Assembly (NCBI GenBank): GCA_039586365.1
Contig: JBDHKN010000011.1
Coordinates: 18,060-82,059 of the forward strand
Source: Gemmatimonadota bacterium
GTDB taxonomy: Bacteria > Gemmatimonadota > Gemmatimonadetes > Gemmatimonadales > GWC2-71-9
Direction of reading: 5' to 3'
DNA: 64,000 nucleotides
The notes below the pieces were generated by a model. The model saw only the letters and a list, made by a program, of their open reading frames with translations, had not been told where the DNA came from and searched no databases. Shown piece by piece: positions 60,378-64,000 of this stretch. A program made the position numbers and the translations under genes. Within the stretch, counting starts at the first letter, position 1; each line of letters starts with the position of its first letter.

Positions 60378-62147
60378 ATGGTAGCAACTGCGATGCGCAC
60401 GCACCGGTGCGGAGCACTACGCGACGCACACGTTGGTCTACGAGTACAACTCGGCGGTTGGCTGCATCGGCGCCGGGATCTGGGTGGTATCATCTTTTTC
60501 GATCTCCGTGATCGGGAGGGGATCGTTCAGGTGTCGTTTGGCCCGGACTGGGCTCCGCCGGAAGTAATAGACGCGGCCAGCGAGGTTGGCACCGAGTCGG
60601 TGGTGCTGGTGCGGGGCACGGTGGAGCGGCGCCCGGAAGGGGCCCGCAATCCGGAGATGGCCACTGGCCAAGTCGAGGTCCACGCTACCGAGTTGGAGGT
60701 GGTGGGCCCGGCCGAAACGCCGGCCATTCCGGTATGGCGCACCAAGGGTGAGGATCCCCCTGCCGAAGAACTGAGATTGCTGCATCGCTATCTGGATCTG
60801 CGCCGACCTGAGATGGGGCGGAACCTCGCTCTGCGCCATAGGTTACTGCAACGGGCAAGGGCCACTCTGACCGATCTTGACTTCTACGAGATTGAGACAC
60901 CGATCCTGACCCGGCCCACTCCGGAGGGAGCGCGCGATTATCTGGTTCCATCGCGGGTACACCGCGGTCAGTTCTATGCACTGCCTCAGTCGCCGCAGAT
61001 CTACAAACAACTGCTCATGGTCAGTGGTTTTGATCGCTACTTCCAACTCGCCCGCTGCTTCCGCGACGAGGATCTGCGGGCCGACCGACAGCCGGAGTTC
61101 ACCCAGGTCGATATCGAGGCATCGTTCGTGGCTCAAGGAGACGTGTATGGTATCGTCGAGGCCGTGTTGGTTGACCTCTGGAGTGAGGCAGGTCACAGCG
61201 TGGACCGTCCGTTCCGGCGTATGGGGATCCAGGAGGCGCTGGAGAGTTACGGCACTGACAAACCCGATCTGCGCTACGATCTGACGATCTCCGATCTGGG
61301 GGCATTGTTGGGAGGCCGCGGCTTTCGGGCCTTCGACGAGGCACTCGAGAAAGGGGGCCGGGTGCGGGGTATCCGGGTCCCGGGCGGTGCGCAGCTATCC
61401 AGGAAGACCATAGACGGACTAGCCGACGTCGCCAAACGATCCGGGGTCGGTGGGATCGCGACCCTCAAGAGACGAGGGGATCTATTGAGTGGCCCGCTGT
61501 CGAAGATCTCAGGGATGACTGCTGAGGCAGTGGGTTTGGGGGATGGCGACCTGTTGCTCGCAATCTCAGGTCACGACAAGATGACCTCGCCGGCCCTTGA
61601 CGGGATCAGGGGTGAGATGATCAGACAGCTTGGGCTTGAGCCCAGCGCGGAACACGTTTTCGTGTGGATCCATGATTTCCCGCTGTTCGAGAGGGATTCG
61701 GAATCGGACCAGTGGATCTTCGCGCATCATCCGTTCACCGCACCGCATCCCGATGATGTCGACCAGCTGTTCGCCGGGAGCTACGAGCGAGTCAGAGCGC
61801 TACACTACGACGCCGTTTACAACGGTGTCGAACTGGGCAGCGGTTCTATTCGGATCACCGACGCGGAAGTGCAGCTAAGGGTGTTGGAAGCGATGGGAAT
61901 CTCCCGGGAGTCGGCCGAACGGCGTTTCGGATTCCTGCTTACGGCATTGCGTGCGGGGGCACCTCCGCACGGTGGGTTCGCAGTGGGATTCGACCGGGTC
62001 GTGATGTTGTTGGCCGGAGTCGACAACCTGCGAGACGTGATCGCGTTTCCCAAGACCACCGCTGCGCGGGCTTTGTTCGAAGACGCTCCAACTGAGGTAG
62101 ATCTAGCCGACCTTGCCGAGCTGGGGCTGACGATACAGGCACGATGA
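60378..62147 (+). CDS. aspS: Aspartate-tRNA ligase (likely non-discriminating)
   Basis: RTH.CG, WLHRRRDLGG, PEGARDYLVPSR, QSPQ, FRDEDLRADRQPEF, GAPPHGG; ATG after GAGGAG. Confidence 0.97.
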   Translation: MVATAMRTHRCGALRDAHVGLRVQLGGWLHRRRDLGGIIFFDLRDREGIVQVSFGPDWAPPEVIDAASEVGTESVVLVRGTVERRPEGARNPEMATGQVEVHATELEVVGPAETPAIPVWRTKGEDPPAEELRLLHRYLDLRRPEMGRNLALRHRLLQRARATLTDLDFYEIETPILTRPTPEGARDYLVPSRVHRGQFYALPQSPQIYKQLLMVSGFDRYFQLARCFRDEDLRADRQPEFTQVDIEASFVAQGDVYGIVEAVLVDLWSEAGHSVDRPFRRMGIQEALESYGTDKPDLRYDLTISDLGALLGGRGFRAFDEALEKGGRVRGIRVPGGAQLSRKTIDGLADVAKRSGVGGIATLKRRGDLLSGPLSKISGMTAEAVGLGDGDLLLAISGHDKMTSPALDGIRGEMIRQLGLEPSAEHVFVWIHDFPLFERDSESDQWIFAHHPFTAPHPDDVDQLFAGSYERVRALHYDAVYNGVELGSGSIRITDAEVQLRVLEAMGISRESAERRFGFLLTALRAGAPPHGGFAVGFDRVVMLLAGVDNLRDVIAFPKTTAARALFEDAPTEVDLADLAELGLTIQAR

Positions 62148-63097
62148 GCAACGACGTCACACATCGGCTGTCCGCGGAGGGCGCAGATCTCCTAGCCCTT
62201 GCCGGCGTCAATGATGCAAACCTCCTGGAATTAGAGCGAGTCACTGGAGTGAGGGCATCGCTGCGCGGTGATTTGGTCACGCTGGCAGGCAGCGTCGAGG
62301 CCGTGGAGAACGCAGCCCGCGTTGCAAACGCGATGATAGATCTGGCGCGCATGGGGGAACCACTGATACCGGAGGATGTTCGTCGTTTGCTGGATGAGGA
62401 CGACGACGAAAGTCGGCGGGCCGGGAATGGCGACATGAAGATCGTGCTGCCGGGAACGCGCCGCGTGGTCCAGCCCAAGACTCCGGGTCAGCGAGAATAC
62501 GTGCAGGCAATGCGGGACAACGATATCGTGATAGGTATAGGGCCGGCGGGCACAGGCAAGACGTACCTAGCCGTGGCGTTGGGGGTAGAAACGTTGACTC
62601 GCAAGAAGGTTCAGCGACTCGTGCTGGCGCGCCCGGCTGTCGAAGCAGGGGAGCGATTGGGTTTTCTCCCAGGTGACTTGCAGGCCAAAGTCGATCCCTA
62701 CCTCAGGCCGTTGTACGATGCCCTTGAGGTGATGATGCCGCAAGGGAGGATCCAAAAGGCGATCGAGACACGCACAATTGAAATAGCTCCGATCGGGTAC
62801 ATGCGAGGCAGAACACTGGCTGATGCGTTCGTCATCATTGATGAGGCCCAGAATGTCACCGGTATGCAAATGAAGATGTGCCTGACCCGGCTGGGGCTCA
62901 ACTCGAGGGCTGTGATAATCGGTGATAAGACCCAGATCGATCTGCCGAGTAGGGAGGAATCCGGGCTCGTCCAGGTGGAGCGGATCCTACCTGGAATCGA
63001 CGGGGTCAAGTTCTGCTATCTGGAGGATGATGACGTGGTGCGGCATCGTTTAGTGCGTGAGATCATTCGAGCGTACGCGGAGGACCAGAGCGGATGA
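62144..63097 (+). CDS. phoH: PhoH/YbeZ-family ATPase
   Basis: GPAGTGKT, RPAVEAGE.LGFLPGD, MRGRTL, DEAQN, VVRH.LV. Confidence 0.93.
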   Translation: MSNDVTHRLSAEGADLLALAGVNDANLLELERVTGVRASLRGDLVTLAGSVEAVENAARVANAMIDLARMGEPLIPEDVRRLLDEDDDESRRAGNGDMKIVLPGTRRVVQPKTPGQREYVQAMRDNDIVIGIGPAGTGKTYLAVALGVETLTRKKVQRLVLARPAVEAGERLGFLPGDLQAKVDPYLRPLYDALEVMMPQGRIQKAIETRTIEIAPIGYMRGRTLADAFVIIDEAQNVTGMQMKMCLTRLGLNSRAVIIGDKTQIDLPSREESGLVQVERILPGIDGVKFCYLEDDDVVRHRLVREIIRAYAEDQSG

Positions 63098-64000
63098 CGG
63101 CGGACTCTAGGAAGTCAGGGCTTCGGCTGGAGCTGGCGCCGAGCGAGCGTCCTGGGAGAATTGCGTTTCACTTGGTGCGCTGGGGCCTGCTGGTAGTTCT
63201 GGCTCTGTTGACGTACCTCTTGTTTCCGGTCGCGGGTGGGTCTGAGGTCGTGAATGTGGGGGAAGTTTCGCCGAGCGAGGTGATTGCGCCATTCGAGTTT
63301 CTCGTTCGCAAGACCGATGAGGAGGTTGCGCGCGAAACGGCGGCTCTCGAGGCGACGCTTAGACCGTACTACGGACTCCGTGAATCCGAGGTTGACACAG
63401 CTCTCGCCATAGCCGCAGCAGTTTTTGTGGCGCTGGACAGCGCCACCACGGCTGCAGAACTGGTTGAAGCGGCTCAGCGGGTCGGCGTCGTGCTTTCACT
63501 TGAGCAGGCGGAATACCTGGTCGAGGACGGGCGACGCGAGGCATTCGAGACTGCAGTTCAAAGCATGCTGAGGCGCCAGCTGGTACGTGGGGTTCCCACC
63601 GCCGGTTTCCGGGATGTAGAGCGCAGTCACGAGATCGTGATCCAGCGGGGTGAACTAGGTGAGATGGAAGACATCGTGCCGCTGGACTCGGTGTTCACCT
63701 TTGAACGGTTTCAGAACACCAGAGTCACGGTTCATCCGGATCCGAACTCGGGAGTGGGGGATAGGGTGTTCGTCGGCTTGCTGAACGCAGTCTTCCGGCC
63801 GACACTGGTTCCGTTGGAGGAGAAGACTGAGGCAAGTCGACAGGAGCTCCGAGCGAGCGTCAATCCAATCAAGGACACAGTGAGGGAGAACGAGCGCATC
63901 GTAGACGCGAACGACGTTATGACACCGGAAACCTACGCCAAGCTCAATGCCCTCAGGACAGAGTTGTTCCGGCGCGAGCGAACGGAAGGGAATCTGGAGG
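63094..64000 (+). CDS. 7TM-HD (PgpH-like) receptor phosphohydrolase, N-terminal part, truncated by window
   Basis: Not in ORF track; ATG overlaps phoH stop, frame open to window end; N-terminal TM then VGEV....VIAPF.F and V..NE.IV 7TMR-HDED-like segments; typical position after phoH. Confidence 0.7.
   Translation, partial: MTADSRKSGLRLELAPSERPGRIAFHLVRWGLLVVLALLTYLLFPVAGGSEVVNVGEVSPSEVIAPFEFLVRKTDEEVARETAALEATLRPYYGLRESEVDTALAIAAAVFVALDSATTAAELVEAAQRVGVVLSLEQAEYLVEDGRREAFETAVQSMLRRQLVRGVPTAGFRDVERSHEIVIQRGELGEMEDIVPLDSVFTFERFQNTRVTVHPDPNSGVGDRVFVGLLNAVFRPTLVPLEEKTEASRQELRASVNPIKDTVRENERIVDANDVMTPETYAKLNALRTELFRRERTEGNLE

Overview
A gene-dense (~60% GC by eye) core-chromosome segment of a bacterium. 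Gene order, protein styles and the tmRNA tag suggest Gemmatimonadota (inference from recalled synteny, not a search). Contents in order: translation/envelope cluster (rlmD-like, biotin carrier, rplM-rpsI-rpsB-tsf-pyrH-frr-cdsA-dxr-rseP); an antisense Ser/Thr kinase; rpsO-pnp-M16 peptidase-ald; mreBCD-mrdA-rodA; accD-folC-hisS-proS-lysA-guaA; PTS IIA; dusB-larB-GGDEF; tmRNA followed by an IS91-family relic; a minus-strand run truA-tal-htrA-purB-purC-(psd relic)-pssA-lipoprotein-Zn-ribbon-purF-ppdK; trpD, antisense lexA, trpC-trpB-HEAT-HD-GYP-trpA-chemoreceptor-folBK-panBC-yqeK-LytR_C; rlmN and a PorV-like barrel; aspS-phoH-HD receptor (truncated). No CRISPR array, prophage, rRNA or tRNA was seen. 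The most interesting signals are: (1) two CCGAA-N6-CCGAA direct-repeat pairs on the lexA promoter (candidate SOS box); (2) a HEAT-repeat + HD-GYP pair sharing an unnamed N-terminal domain, inserted between trpB and trpA and followed by an orphan GAF chemoreceptor; (3) local gene decay (psd relic, split HEAT gene, IS relic); (4) leaderless-type promoters and a probable CTG start. All family calls come from recognised motifs, with no database search.
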